Shown piece after piece: positions 38,077-50,846 of a DNA stretch of 64,000 nt (position 1 is its first letter; every line of letters starts with the position of its first letter). The stretch lies in contig NIVC01003928.1 in the NCBI GenBank assembly GCA_002269645.1, positions 1 through 64,000 of the forward strand. The letters run 5' to 3'. Under the pieces are notes generated by a model that searched no databases, was not told where the DNA came from, and saw nothing but the letters and a program-made list of their open reading frames with translations. This DNA is from Macrostomum lignano (taxonomy: Eukaryota). The translations under genes were made by a program, and so were the position numbers.

Positions 38077-40348
38077 CAGTTGGCCACAGTTGAAGCTGCA
38101 ATCATGGGATTGTTGGAATGATATTTTCTGAAATCAATCACATACCTAGATAGATACAGACAAATCAGTTTTAGCATTGTGGATTTGTTGTCTCATTGCA
38201 AAAGTAACAAATATTGGCAGGAAGGCTGCAGACACCCTGGCGCAATGCCTTTGGTAGCATTGGTCTTAGCTAGTCTTGGGATAATTCTGCCCATTCCACT
38301 GACTTGTAAGGACATAAAAGCATATACCAATATTTAAGCAGGCACATACTCATATGCACGCTTGCACAGGGTGTACTGCAGAAAACTTTTTAATTGTTAG
38401 ACATAGGCAAATTCTGCACCTTAGTGGTTGGCCATTATAGGTGAGAGGCAATTTAATCCTTAGCAAATTTTGTACACAAGCCCTAAATGAATATGGCTAT
38501 GCACAGAATCAAACTAGAGGTTCCCATTTTTCAATTCTTAACCAACATTTTGTATTTCATATATTTGACATTTTGATAAATTTCCAAATTTCACTTTTTT
38601 AGCATATTTGATTTCTTGCCCCTAGTTGGGAAACAACTTTTAATATATAGAATTATTTTTATAATAAGAAAAAATCAAACATTGGCAATAGTGAATGATA
38701 ATAAAAACAATAATTTTCCTAGAGTCTCCTTTAGAATTCTAGGCTGAGACAAATGTTTATAGATCTTAAAGCAAATCTTTTTGCTATTTTGATTATATTA
38801 ATAGTCTATTAAATATATCAATACTATAAAAAAAGGCTTAGACTAGCCTAATATTTTTTGTTATAAACAAAAAATGATTAAATACAGATACTTATAAATT
38901 TACTTTTAGGCAAAAAAGCTTATATAGGCAAAGTGCATTAAAAAAGTAGTTTGATTATTAAAAAATTAAGATAGAAATATTTTTATTACTTGACTAATAT
39001 CAAAAAAGCTTTTAATTTAGGCAAGCAAAATTTATCAGTCACCAAAAACAACTTTTAAAATCTCATTGGAGCACTTATTAAAACTAAATAAACAATGTTA
39101 ATAATAGACAAAATGGCTATATAAAACAAGTGTTGCAAGTTGACTTGTTCTATTAATATATATTCTTAATATTGTATAATAAACACAGCCTCTACTATAC
39201 TATAAATATTCTAAACCATTATTATAGTAATAAATTTGTACTACTGAGTATACTTAGTGTTTTTAACTATTTTTAGCTTTGGTACTTACATCATTTGCAT
39301 CAAAACAACAAAATGCAAAAGAAGTAAATATATTGAGATATCATAATATTTATATAGGCAATATGCATCCAAAAAAGAAGCACAAAAGAAGTAAAAACAA
39401 AATTGTATTTTATAGAACAACAACAAACAATTATACAAATTTAAAAAAATGCTAAAAAGGTTATGTAAAATAGTTTAAAAAACCCTAAAAAGGTTTACAA
39501 AATATCACAAAGTAAAATTTACCACAAAATTTAAATTGATCATAAAAGTAGAAAGTAGCTCCACCCCTTTTTGTTAATTATAAACTTCAATTAGGGGGCC
39601 TAAGCATTTTCAACTTCTATTACAAATTATTACATCTTTTGTCCAAATAGTACAAAATGCAATAGACCTACAACACTTTTTGTTTTATGTGGCCATTTTG
39701 ATGGTGTGACTGTTTTGTTGTGTGGCACATTTTGATAGCACCCCATTTTGATATTGTTTGTTAGTTTTATTGTTAAAAATCATAAATCTTCATTAACAAT
39801 TTATTTAAAAAAATAATTTAACAAATGAAACTAAAGACAAAGTTATGTTGTCATTTGATATCTATTGGTAGCCTTAAGCTATCAAATTTATTGTGTAGGC
39901 TAGGCTCTATACATGTTATGTTATTGTTATATAAGTAAAAGAAAAACAAGAAAACTTAGAAAACTAGCATGCTTGGGTGCAACCTTGGGATTCACTCGGC
40001 CGTTTCTATTGGCAATTTTAAACTAGGGCCTATTGAAAATATATATTATTTAAGCCTAGTTTTAAAATAGTATATAATTTAAAGTTTAAAAGTTTAAAGT
40101 TTAGTATAAACTTTATAAAGTTTTATAAAGTTTAAAATAGTATAATATAAAGTGCATCTTGTTGCACTATTTATCCCATAGTCCTTAAGCCCTAACCATA
40201 GCCCAAGGCCTAAAACCCTCCATTCCCAATCCCAATACATTATTGGTTGGCTTTACCTATAACATTACATAACACATAGTTGGGTTTTGAAGCTACCAAC
40301 CAACCAACACAGTGAAGCTTGAATTTGAAATAAGCACCATGCATTAAA

Positions 40349-41114
40349 GGGTGCTGGTCACTTCGTCAACTGGCGTTTCGTCAAATGGTTGACGAAGTGA
40401 CTATTTGGCAGGGGTAGGGGTATTTGCTATTGACGAAGTGACCAAAGTCTAGTGGGTGGTCTTACTGATTGGTCAGTTAACGAAGGGACCGAGATCAACG
40501 AACCCCAGTTGACAAAACGAAACAAAAAACTTTGAATAAGTTTACTCGATGGAAGTGGGTTGGCTATTATTTTTTCTTTTCTTTCTTTCCTCGTTCGAAG
40601 TGCATGCCATGTCGAATGCGTTACTCGACGATGCCAAATGCGTATAAATTATTAAGCATTTGTTCAGAAGTCTTAATTGTAGTTCTTAAGGTTAATTTTT
40701 ATTAATTAATTTTAATTACTCAACTGTTTATCATTGTTAATTGTTCTTTTTGAAATAGCTTTTCCTTTGTTGTAATGCAATGAATTTTAATATCGCAAAA
40801 ATTCAAATGTAGAGAATGTAATTAGAAATTTGGACCGACTGCAGCAGCAGTGTTGGTGTGGTACACGATTTAAAATTAATTAGCCTGCTTAATCCGCTTC
40901 ATTCATGTGAGAGTTTACCAGAAAAATTCTTGGCACAGATGCAGTCATGAACATATATACATACTACTGCATTGTATAATACGAGTATGTACGTAATGCA
41001 CAGTTGACGAAGTGACCACGTTTAGAGGTCCACTGATTGGCCAGTTGACGAAGTGACCCGAGGGCAATAGCTTCCCAGTTGAAGAAACGCCAGTTGACGA
41101 TTTGACTAGGATCC
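40349..41114. mobile_element. Non-autonomous MITE (~766 bp), 8-bp TSD GCATTAAA, TIRs starting GG (Merlin-like by TIR/TSD)
   Basis: GCATTAAA at 40341-40348 and 41115-41122. TIR GGGTGCTGGTCACTTCGTCAACTGGCGTTTCGTCAA vs reverse complement GGATCCTAGTCAAATCGTCAACTGGCGTTTCTTCAA. Repeated subterminal GTTGACGAAGTGAC. Confidence 0.8.
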
Positions 41115-42714
41115 GCATTAAAAACCCCTTATATTAGTGGCAAAACTATGAATTTGATCCTATCAAAATGGCAACTATTTATATAAGCATCAAAGTTCAA
41201 GAAGTCTCAAAATTTAAGTAACTTTCAATGTGAGTTGGGTTGTAATTTGAGAGCTATGAAACTGGGGCTGCTTAATCACAGTTAGAAAATGTCAGCTGGT
41301 AAATAGCGGCCACAAAAAGTCGGCAAACTAAAACCTGAACTGACAAAAGTCGGCTAATGGGTTTCACAATTGCTCTGAAATTTCAGACCGATTACATTCA
41401 AAACGAATCGTCTATAATTTTTAACAAAAATTGACCTGCTTCAACCATCTTTGTAGCAAGTATTAAGCAATTGCTTGGCATCTAATTAGCTCTATGAAGT
41501 GACGATTTTCTGAAGTGAAAAAATTAAGATACATCGATTCATAGTTTGCTTAGCAATGCTCTGATTATTTTTTTGCCCAAAAATAATTGAGGGAGACATT
41601 ACATATTTTGATGTGTATTGCCTTTCTTATGGCTCTAATTGATATTCATAAAGCTTTACGTGCAGAAAGTTAGTATTCTATGTTAATTCTCAGTGTTCTA
41701 AATCTACCATTCATACTAATGCTATAAGTGCTAGGATCTATGGTTATTAAGACGTCCCAGTTATTAGTCTATGGAAGAGAGCGACATTAACACGCGCTGT
41801 ATCATGTTGACCGTATTAACCCGATAAGAGGAGAAAGAGAGCTAGCTAAAGAGGAAATGGAGGCATTGAATGTACTGCTTCTCTTAATTTTACATCTATT
41901 ATGAAATTAGCCATGGCTGACGCTGAGAGGCAGTATCTAAAATGTTGTCTCATACTGAACTATAAGGAGCTTTGCCTAGGGATGAAATATCCGGAGTAAC
42001 CTTGATCACGGAGCTGCATGAACGGAGACGGAATGCAAACGGAGCTGAATGCAAGGATCTAATTTTGGTGACTTCATGACGTATCTGGATGCTGAAACTG
42101 ATGAGAATGCAGTCGACATGTTGCATGGAATGCCTGAAAGTTCAGAGGCAAATGATGGCCGACTTCGGTAATAAGTTTGTTATCTTTCTTCGCGCAAAAA
42201 ACCTACAGGCGTAGCGACTTGGCTGACATGGATGATGATGGAACGCTATTAAACCAGTATCGGAGAAAATTCTGAGGCATAGCAGTTTTTTTCTGCCCTA
42301 TTTTGGAATGCGAGCTATCATTACAACGCTCGCGCTGTAATAACACTAGCCTTCAAAAATAGTGCAGAAATTATATCATTACGGCTGAACCAATTAGCAA
42401 GTTGTTTACGTCGCAAGCTTGTCTTTATTTTTTATAGCTTATACATCCTCCGGCCTTCTTTGCTACTGAACTGGAAGTAGAAGGGCTGTTTCACTAAGTA
42501 TTGAATACCTAAGTGAACCAGTCTAGTTATTTCAGTATCTGTAGTATGCGAGTGCAGAAATATGCTATTTTAACGCACTGTTTCCACTAACTGGCACGTG
42601 GCGGTTATATACTTATAAGTTGTTTTACGAGTGTATATTTTAAATTTTTATTCAAAAAACTAGTTGCGGCATGCGAGTGTTAAGTAAGTGCGACAGTTTC
42701 ATAATATAAAATAT

Positions 42715-43674
42715 TCAATGATTAGTGTTTATCATATAATGCTCATAGCAACAAGTCCTCTGCACTTTGAGCGATGCTACTGATGGGAAAAACACTGAGA
42801 GAGGATTCTTGTGCCACTTCCAAGTGCGAAAGCCAAGCTTAAATAGGCCTCGCCAAATCCGAATCAAGCGCGCATAGTCGCTCTTCTTTTTCACGAGTTC
42901 ACTAGTGCGCGATTTGAAGATAAGCTGCTTCACATTCTTCAGGCACCCTTCGTTAAAAGCCTTTTCAAAGCTGGCCCACTCCCAGTGCTCAACGTCGATT
43001 TTCAGTATGTCGATCTTTTTGTTCTCGTAGCCCAGCTCGTAAAACAGCGTGCATAGAGTTCGCATTTTCCAGCCATTGCTGTCCACCTTAGTCTCAGAAG
43101 AAATGCCAATTCGATAGAACCTCGATGTCTTCTTCCTCTGATGGTCGTTCACATTAACCTTGCTTGGATCGAACATGTACACGTTGCAATGATACTTTTC
43201 GGCGAGAGTGTCGTCGTACTCCCAAGCATTGTCGATTCCCAGTGAGAAGGCGACGCACGGCTTGCTCTCCGTGATGTTGAAGGGCCGGATGAAACAGACA
43301 TCCCAGCCTCCATCGTCGGAATTCCCGATGCGGATGCTGTAGGGGCAGCGGACGTGCTGCTGCTCCAAAATGCCAAAGTACATGACCTCAAGCTGAGCGG
43401 GAGTTAGCGAGGCCAGATTCGTCTTGAGAACAGCAGCCGCTCGGTTGAAATCTTTCGCTTCGCGGACATCCAGCCAGGAAGAGTGACTTGCCCACCGCTT
43501 TGAGGCATCTGTTCCTACTTCAGTTCTTTCAACATCATCTGTGGCATCGGCCTTAACTGCGCTGCAGCTCAGGCCGAGTCTTCGATGAATAGTGACAATC
43601 ACGATCAGTGAAGTGATGAATAATGTAACAGAGAGAAATGCACTGGGCAGAGAGACCGTATTGGAGACCCTCAT
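42715..43674 (-). CDS. METTL24-like class I SAM-dependent methyltransferase (Methyltransf_22 type) with N-terminal membrane anchor, 319 aa, intronless
   Basis: Uninterrupted ORF; hydrophobic N-terminal helix; motifs RIGNSDDGGWDVC, CVAFSLGI..WEYD, CNVYMFDP, IDILKIDVEHWEW, VKQL. Confidence 0.85.
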   Translation of the reverse strand: MRVSNTVSLPSAFLSVTLFITSLIVIVTIHRRLGLSCSAVKADATDDVERTEVGTDASKRWASHSSWLDVREAKDFNRAAAVLKTNLASLTPAQLEVMYFGILEQQHVRCPYSIRIGNSDDGGWDVCFIRPFNITESKPCVAFSLGIDNAWEYDDTLAEKYHCNVYMFDPSKVNVNDHQRKKTSRFYRIGISSETKVDSNGWKMRTLCTLFYELGYENKKIDILKIDVEHWEWASFEKAFNEGCLKNVKQLIFKSRTSELVKKKSDYARLIRIWRGLFKLGFRTWKWHKNPLSVFFPSVASLKVQRTCCYEHYMINTNH

Positions 43675-44391
43675 GTTTACTAAAAATCGGTGCCTGTAAC
43701 TATTTAAGCTTTTTAAAACATGCTTTATTGCTTGCCGTCGTCTTTTTGTATTCGTTCAGGATAAAAATTGACTTTAATAACACACGAGTGGAATTCTACT
43801 TGCTTGGAATGGAATCTCAAGAGTCATACATGTACGTAAGCACTGGTGTGAGTAGGCTTGTATCAAAAAAATGTTTAACCATGACTTTATCGATTATACA
43901 GAAACATAATTCAAAACTTAGTTGCTACAGGAGTTCGGTTGATACCAACTGCCTCGCATTTTTGCGCAGGTTTCAGGAATGCAACTTTCATGCCTCTGAC
44001 CCGGTTGACTGCTTTGATTGAGAGTTCGATGTAAAAAGTACTTGTGCTTGTATGCTGAACCTATCTTACATGATCTATGAAAGTAAGATGCTGATTAATA
44101 CCCGTACAGGAACTGTGAAAACAAATATTCCCTGAGATCACTGATTGCTTCTATACCTTCTTTGAGGCCTTTTTCCTTCTTTCAAGTTAAGATCGACTTG
44201 GTCGGGCAACCAAATCCCCCACTTTGTGTATAAATTATTACAAATATCAAATAAACTCAATGCAAGAAGGAAATAGATGTAAACTGATGCCAATCATAGC
44301 AGCAGTAATGGAACCTGCAGTTGTATTTATTTTCAATATGAATTTCTATATGAAATGCAATTTTGTGGTCGGATTGGATTATCTCCCTTCC

Positions 44392-46021
44392 TTACGCTTC
44401 TTCTAGAAGAATTGGTTCTCCGGTGTCTGGACTGGCCAGCAGAAAGTCGGGACTGTCAGCTGGGCGCTGCAGGCCCCAATGTACCCGCGGGACGCTACAG
44501 ATGCGACTCTCCAGCGCCTGCAGCAGTCGCGCATCGTCTGAGAGCGCACTGAAGATGGGCAAGATTGGCTCTGCTGGGCTTCTATCAGCGGTAGAACTGA
44601 ACTCTCGCGCTCGCTTCGACAGCAGACGATAGAGTGCCAGCGCCGCGCCTATGGCCACCAGAAGGCAGCCAAGTGTGGCGGCGACTGGAGCCAACCAGAC
44701 TCGAACTCCGTTGGAAGCCTCGCTGACGCTCTTCCGGCGTTTATCGCAGAGCTGCCGCCGCAGTGTGGTAAAGTTTGCCGGATCCACCAGATCGGGTCGG
44801 CACCTCAGCTTGTTGATTTGCAGTTGGCGCCAACCAGAGCAGCCTTTCTGCCTGCCGACTGTCATTCATTAGGGCAGTAGGTTCGAGTAGTAAGTAAAAG
44901 TTCACTTTTTGGACTGCAGCAGTGTGGATATGGTTTTAGTTGCTATGGCCAACCTGGTCTCTGCTTAAATATGGAATATGGCCGTGGTTGCTATGGGGAA
45001 TCCAATTTTGGTTCCCAGGGCGTACTGGAACTCACTTGCAATTTCGCACTCCTGCTCTGGAGTTTCAGCATCACAATTCCCAGTTGCCGATGATGAGCCA
45101 CTATGGTTTGACAGTTGTTCAACCTGCAGACGAAATCGCGCATATTAGAGTTAAACGGGTGACATATTTAATTTTATTGTAGTACAGATTCGATGTAAAA
45201 GCAGCTTATAGTTAGCATACCTTCCATCGGTACGGGTACTGACACTTCAAGTACTCCGATGGTACCCTGAAGACCAACTGACGCAGCACTGGTTGACCAT
45301 GCGATGAAACTAGTCGCGTCTGGAAACAGAACGAGTAGACATTCAGATCTTATATCTATATACTTTTAGTTGGTTTGCAGGGGCTTCTCGGCACTGGTAA
45401 GGTGACAGCGACGCTTTCAAAAGCTCGAGCTTCATGAGAGCTCAAGTTAGAAAAACAACAAAATTTCTAGCACTACTTCCAGAGATTGTGAGGTGACCGA
45501 CATGTTTACAGTTTTCGACAATGGGAAAAGTTCGAGCTTGTGCAGTTTCGAGTTTTTTGAGGGGAATCAGCAAGACCCTTCGACGACTTGAAGTTTTTAG
45601 CTGGTAACATTATTTTCTCTTTCGTAATGAGATTCTGTAATGCAGGTAAAAGTTCACCTTGGTTGTATTTCCCAGCACAATCCTCATCCAGTGGCTGTCG
45701 TAGCTGTTGTAAAACTCGAGGCAAACTTGCCAACTCGATGCTGTTGAATTGCTGTTGCTGCTGTCACTGGCAGTTCTTGCTGGCATGAGGATGTGCAGAA
45801 ATTCTCTTTGGTTGCAGACCATCGCCAGCGGAAGCAGCGACTCTGCAAGCCGATGCGATGCAAAAGCAATTTGTTTTTAGTCTATACTGAAAAAGACTGC
45901 ATGCTTTGCAGTCTTGGAAATTGAACTGCTCACCTTGCAGACCGTTGGCATTCAATGACAGAGCCGTTAGTAGCAGCAGGCATGGCAGTTGCAGGTCTCT
46001 GAGTCCGACTGCTGCCGTCAT
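44392..46021 (-). CDS. Uncharacterised type I transmembrane protein, ~275 aa
   Basis: Predicted exons 46021-45934 (signal peptide MTAAVGLRDLQLPCLLLLTALSLNA), 45842-45658, 45123-45036 and 44858-44392. All are GT-AG with matching phases (828 nt). Cys-containing ectodomain, TM helix VWLAPVAATLGCLLVAIGAALALY, then RLLSKR. Confidence 0.6.
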
Positions 46022-46409
46022 ATTGTGCAGAGCAGGCAATACACGAGCAAGCCCTTAGCCAAATGCAAATGCCTCTTTCGGTGTGCGCTATCTTCTATTT
46101 TTATAACCACCAGGCGACACAATTGCGCCGCACTTGCTTTCTTTTTTCAAGCCTGAGCCGCCAGTACAAACAAATATGTTGAGTTTGCTTGCCTCTCTCT
46201 TTCTCTTCTTCTACCTCTTAATTGTGCTCAAGACGCCGCACATTGTCAGTCAAACTCTGCAGCAGTTTTATTGGCAGGAGGCATTGACCCGCTGCATCTG
46301 GCATCCACACACGCTCAGAAATTCAAACTCCACAGCTTTCTACATGGTTTGGATAAAATCTCTCTCTAATCTCCCCTGTCTCTCTCCCTCATCTTTCCAT
46401 CTCTGATCC

Positions 46410-46760
46410 CTCTAATCTCTCTGTGTCTCTCCCACATCTCTCAGTCTCTCTCTTTCTCTCATCTCTCCGTCTCTCTCTTTCTCACATCTCTCCGTCTCTC
46501 TCTTTCTCTCATCTCTCCGTCTCTCTCCCTCATCTCTCCGTCTCTCTCTCTTTCTCTCATCTCTCCGTCTCTCTACCTCATCTCTGCGTCTCTCTCCCAC
46601 ATCTCTCCGTCTCTCTCTCACATCTCTCCGTCTCTCTACCTCATCTTTCCCACCTCTCCCTCATCTCTCAGTCTCTCACCTTCATCTCTCAGTCTCTCTC
46701 CCTCACCTCTCAGTCTCTCTCCCACATCTCTCAAGTCTCTCTCTCATCTCTCCTTCTCTC
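46410..46760. repeat. CT-rich degenerate repeat
   Basis: Direct inspection. Confidence 0.85.
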
Positions 46761-47223
46761 TCCCACCTCAATCTACAACAATGCAAACGTCAAATCAATA
46801 ATCGCGGCGCACACCCAGTCCCTCCACTTCCTTCCCTCTGTACAATATAATACAACAGGCCCCCAAATGGCGCACGAACCAATCTGCCATCAAATTTTAG
46901 TCAAGCTGCAGGTGCGGTCCCGTGCAGACACACTGAGCCAATCTCTTTCCACCTGTCAGGCCACTCCCCAATTGCGGAAGACGCTTCCCAAACGGCCCGC
47001 CAAGCAATATTAGGCTGGAGGTACACAAGAGCCACGGATATATGCGCGCACACGTCTGACTCTTGCGGCTTCCGGACTTGAGACGCCATCGCTGCTGCAG
47101 AGTCTGAAGTATTTGCCAAATTCAGTTTTCATCATCCTGGAGTGCTTCTATCCATCGTGTAAGCAACGTCCTTAATAATTGCAGTGGCTGAGCAGTAGGA
47201 AGATGAGAACAGTACTGCAGCGT

Positions 47224-47985
47224 CCCCCTCTCTCCCTGTCTCCGTCTCATCCTGTCTCCCTCTCACCCTGTCTCCCTCTCACCCTGTCTCCCTCTCACCC
47301 TGTCTGCCTCTCACCCTGTCTCCCTCTCACCCTGTCTCCCTCCAACCCTGTCTCCCTCTCACCCTGTCTCCCTCTCACCGTGTCTCCCTCTCACCCTGTC
47401 TCCTTCTCACCGTGTCTCCTTCTCACCGTGTCTCCTTCTCACCGTGTCTCCCTCTCACCCTGTCTCCGTCTCATCCTGTCTCCCTCTCATCCCGTCTCTC
47501 TCTCACCCTGTCTCCCTCTCACCCTGTCTCCCTCTCACCCTGTCTCCGTCTCACCCTGTCTCCCTCTCACCGTGTCTCCTTCTCACCGTGTCTCCTTCTC
47601 ACCGTGTCTCCCTCTCACCGTGTCTCCCTCTCACCGTGTCTCCCTCTCACCCTGTCTCCCTCTCACCCTGTCTCCCTCTCACCCTGTCTCCCTCTCACCC
47701 TGTCTCCCTCTCATCCTGTCTCCCTCTCATCCCGTCCCCTCTCACCCTGTCTCCCTCTCACCCTGTCTCCCTCTCACCCTGTCTCCCTCTCACCCTGTCT
47801 CCCTCTCATCCTGTCTCCCTCTCATCCCGTCCCCTCTCACCCTGTCTCCCTCTCACCCTGTCTCCCTCTCACCCTGTCTCCCTCTCACCCTGTCTCCCTC
47901 TCATCCTGTCTCCCTCTCATCCCGTCCCCTCTCACCCTGTCTCCCTCTCACCCTGTCTCCCTCTCACCCTGTCTCCCTCTCAGCT
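47224..47985. repeat. 16-bp repeat CCCTCTCACCCTGTCT
   Basis: Direct inspection. Confidence 0.95.
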
Positions 47986-48487
47986 CTGTCTCTTAAGCGC
48001 CATTGCACCAAAAAGCCATCAGCTTGAATAGAATCAGTTCAACCGAATTCATTATGAGCTCTGCAAAAGCAGAAAAGCTGCTGGTTGGCAATTTCTATCT
48101 GAAGGCCTTTTCCGCATGGCTAATTGAGATTGCCATTGGAAATGATTTATGCTATTCGGATATATTTAGCAAAAATATTGCAGAGCTAGTTTAAAATCAA
48201 TGATGAGCCTGGATTGCTTGCCTTTTCATTGCAGATAAAATTGATGATATTTTTAATGAAAGCGGCTCTGGGAAGAGAGATTAGAGAGAGATCAATATAC
48301 TGGCATGTATTGCACAGTATGAAAAAGTAAAATGATTGCTAGTCTAACCAATTGGTGGATAATTTATCATTAGATGCCGTCAAGTATGACGTCATTTTCA
48401 TAGGCAATCAAATGAGATATGCGCTGCAAAACTCATATGGGTCTTTGGTGGGGTTGGCGTCACCACAAAGATTGCACATGCCTGGCG

Positions 48488-49459
48488 ATGGAAAGTCAGA
48501 CCCGCTGTACACCCTGTGTGCGTGTCGATTATCGCCTTGCTTTCCGGCAGTGGCTAAGCTGCCCCCCACTGCGAGCTCATCAAGTCCCAGAGCAGATTGA
48601 TCAAAGCAATTTTGCCTCCTCCTTTCCGAAACACCCAGCGGTCCTCCCGGATCCGGTCAGCCAGCTGAGCTCTCGGCGCCGCCTGCAGCAGCGGCCGCTG
48701 TCGCCCAACAGCCACCGGCTGGCGCAGATCGCTCGCGATGTCGATATCCTGCGCCGGCGCCGAGGCCGCAGCCCGCCAGCCGTCGGCTGCGTTCGCGGCC
48801 GTGGCCTCGCCTCCGCGCCCGCCGCCGCGCCCTCAGCAGCCGGGCCGAGCCGCTGCGCTGCGCCGGTTCGCTCGGCGAACTCCAACCCGACAGTCGCACG
48901 CGAATCGTCAAGTGGTGCCGAACTCGCGCCCCAATCGACGGCGCTGATCTTCGCTGACGGCTTCGCCGGTCCTGCCGATGTCGATCGGTTGCGCGAGCGG
49001 GGGTCTCGACGGCAGGCGCCTCAGAGACCGCTGCGGAAGTCGCCTCTCCCGCCGCCACAGCCGCTGCCGCTGGTGGTCCCGGAGCTGCTGGTTGAGTCCG
49101 CGGCTTCCAGCAGTGGCTACAGCCATCGCCGGACGGTTTCGGCTGTCGCCTTCGAGGCCTCCAGCTCTGCCGCCTTCATTCGCCGGGAGCCGCTGCTCGG
49201 CGTCAGGAGGAGTCGAACTGCTTTCAGTTGCCGACGAGGCGCTGCCGCCGCTCCGGCTGCGACGACACCGCCAGCCTGGCCGACTTCGCCGCAAGGCACC
49301 TCAGCCGGCGACTGCCTGCGAGTGTCCGCCGCGCTGCCGCCGCGTTATCGACGCTGCGCATCGCAGCCATCGGCGGCGGCGGTACTGTGCGAGCTGGCCG
49401 AGGACACCTGGGCGCAGCCGAGGAATCCCGTGAATTCGCCTGAGCCTCCAGCCTACTGA
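48488..49459 (+). CDS. Uncharacterised Ser/Arg/Ala/Pro-rich protein (~323 aa from ATG 48488; ORF open from 48419)
   Basis: ~1-kb GC/CpG-rich non-repetitive ORF with exon-like composition in AT-rich surroundings. No recognisable domain; 5' structure uncertain. Confidence 0.5.
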   Translation: MESQTRCTPCVRVDYRLAFRQWLSCPPLRAHQVPEQIDQSNFASSFPKHPAVLPDPVSQLSSRRRLQQRPLSPNSHRLAQIARDVDILRRRRGRSPPAVGCVRGRGLASAPAAAPSAAGPSRCAAPVRSANSNPTVARESSSGAELAPQSTALIFADGFAGPADVDRLRERGSRRQAPQRPLRKSPLPPPQPLPLVVPELLVESAASSSGYSHRRTVSAVAFEASSSAAFIRREPLLGVRRSRTAFSCRRGAAAAPAATTPPAWPTSPQGTSAGDCLRVSAALPPRYRRCASQPSAAAVLCELAEDTWAQPRNPVNSPEPPAY

Positions 49460-50813
49460 AACGCTTTTCATGCTACTTATAAAGCATAAGTAGTGTGTAA
49501 GGAGTTTTTTGATACTTAAATTTAACGAAGAAATGCATATAAACCTAAACCTAAACATGCGTACATATGTGAAATATTAAAATAAGCTTTATTTAATATG
49601 TATTATAATTACTAATTAATAATCACCAATTACTGTAAGAAAAAAATCTTTGGCAATATATTTCCCAGACGTACCTCAAATTGTGTATTTTTAATTATCA
49701 TGTATTTTTAATTGTACATAAAAATGAACTTTTAAGTCTTTAAATATTTGTTTTTTTAAACTCGAGAGAAGATTCGTTTTATTCGTATTGAACTTATTTC
49801 AAAAGGCATTTCTTCATAGATTTCATAGAAAACTTGTTTACATCTTTTTTTCATCAGTCCATTATGAAACGTTGTATTTTTTCGATGACAGCTCAAGTGA
49901 GCACACTGCACCCAATAACTATCTCCAGCCATTTCTGGGGGCCTCGCAACTGTTCGAGGCATTCTTTCTCGGATTAAACAGGATTAGAAGTTACAAGCTA
50001 TTCAAGAGACCACAGCTGGGCTCGCGGGGCCACTCAACCGAGACGGGGCCATCAAAAGTGGCTTTGTGAGGCTGGGCTGCACTGCTGCATTGGTCTGGCG
50101 ACTTTTGTGTCTGTATTATGCAAAATTTCTATTCAATATGACAGTTGAGCTGGCTGCTCCGCCATTGGCCCGGCAGGGCTGGGCTGGCACAGAATATGAG
50201 AAGGTGGGAGCGCCGGCGTCTCAGCCCAGCGGGGGGTTTAAATTCAAGCAAGGCGCCCCAAAGCTCATTAGCGGCCAACTTGCAGCAAAGCATTCGATAG
50301 ACAGAGAGGCTCTTTCCCTCTCGTACCCAGTTGAAGTGCCGCGCGCTTTACTCGTAATTGACTCAACAGAGCTGCTCAGCTTAATCCCTTGACAACCTAC
50401 TTCACACTCTGGTACAGCCTGGGCCCCATTCGGTACTGCCGGAACTCCAGCAAGCGTTGGCTTAACCAGCTCAGAAGGATAAGAAGAAACAACGAAGGGA
50501 TCCAACAGCTTTACGAAGGCAGGTAGGAAACTTCCGGTTCTGTGCACCCCGAGTCCTTTCCGAAGTATTCTCTCTCGAAGACATTCCAAATCTGCATCAG
50601 GCGGCTGGCCGGTTTCGCAATGGCAGCCTCAAACTGGCCAATTCTCATTTTCCCAGCTCTCAATGGAGCGGCCAAACAACACGCACAGGTAGAGGCAGTG
50701 AGTAAATGAGAGGCGCTGGAATTTCTGCCAGGCAGCCGCCCCACCCCAAGTTTGCCAACTGAGTCCGCACTGTTTGTTTGGCCTGCTTGCCAAATGGAAG
50801 AAGTTGAAGAGGC

Positions 50814-50846
<33 letters not shown>

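Noticed and set aside
42715-43674. Intronless methyltransferase as HGT or retrocopy
   Set aside because: METTL24-like genes are widespread and often expanded in invertebrates. The lack of introns alone is insufficient, and I saw no polyA tail or TSD.
46880-47120. GC-richer island between two CT repeats as an exon
   Set aside because: No strand or frame gave a consistent splice model linking it to neighbouring genes.
50066-50815. Coding-looking minus-strand stretch next to element B (..LECLRERILRKGLG..)
   Set aside because: In-frame stop, no clear start or splice model, and no recognisable domain. At best a relic.
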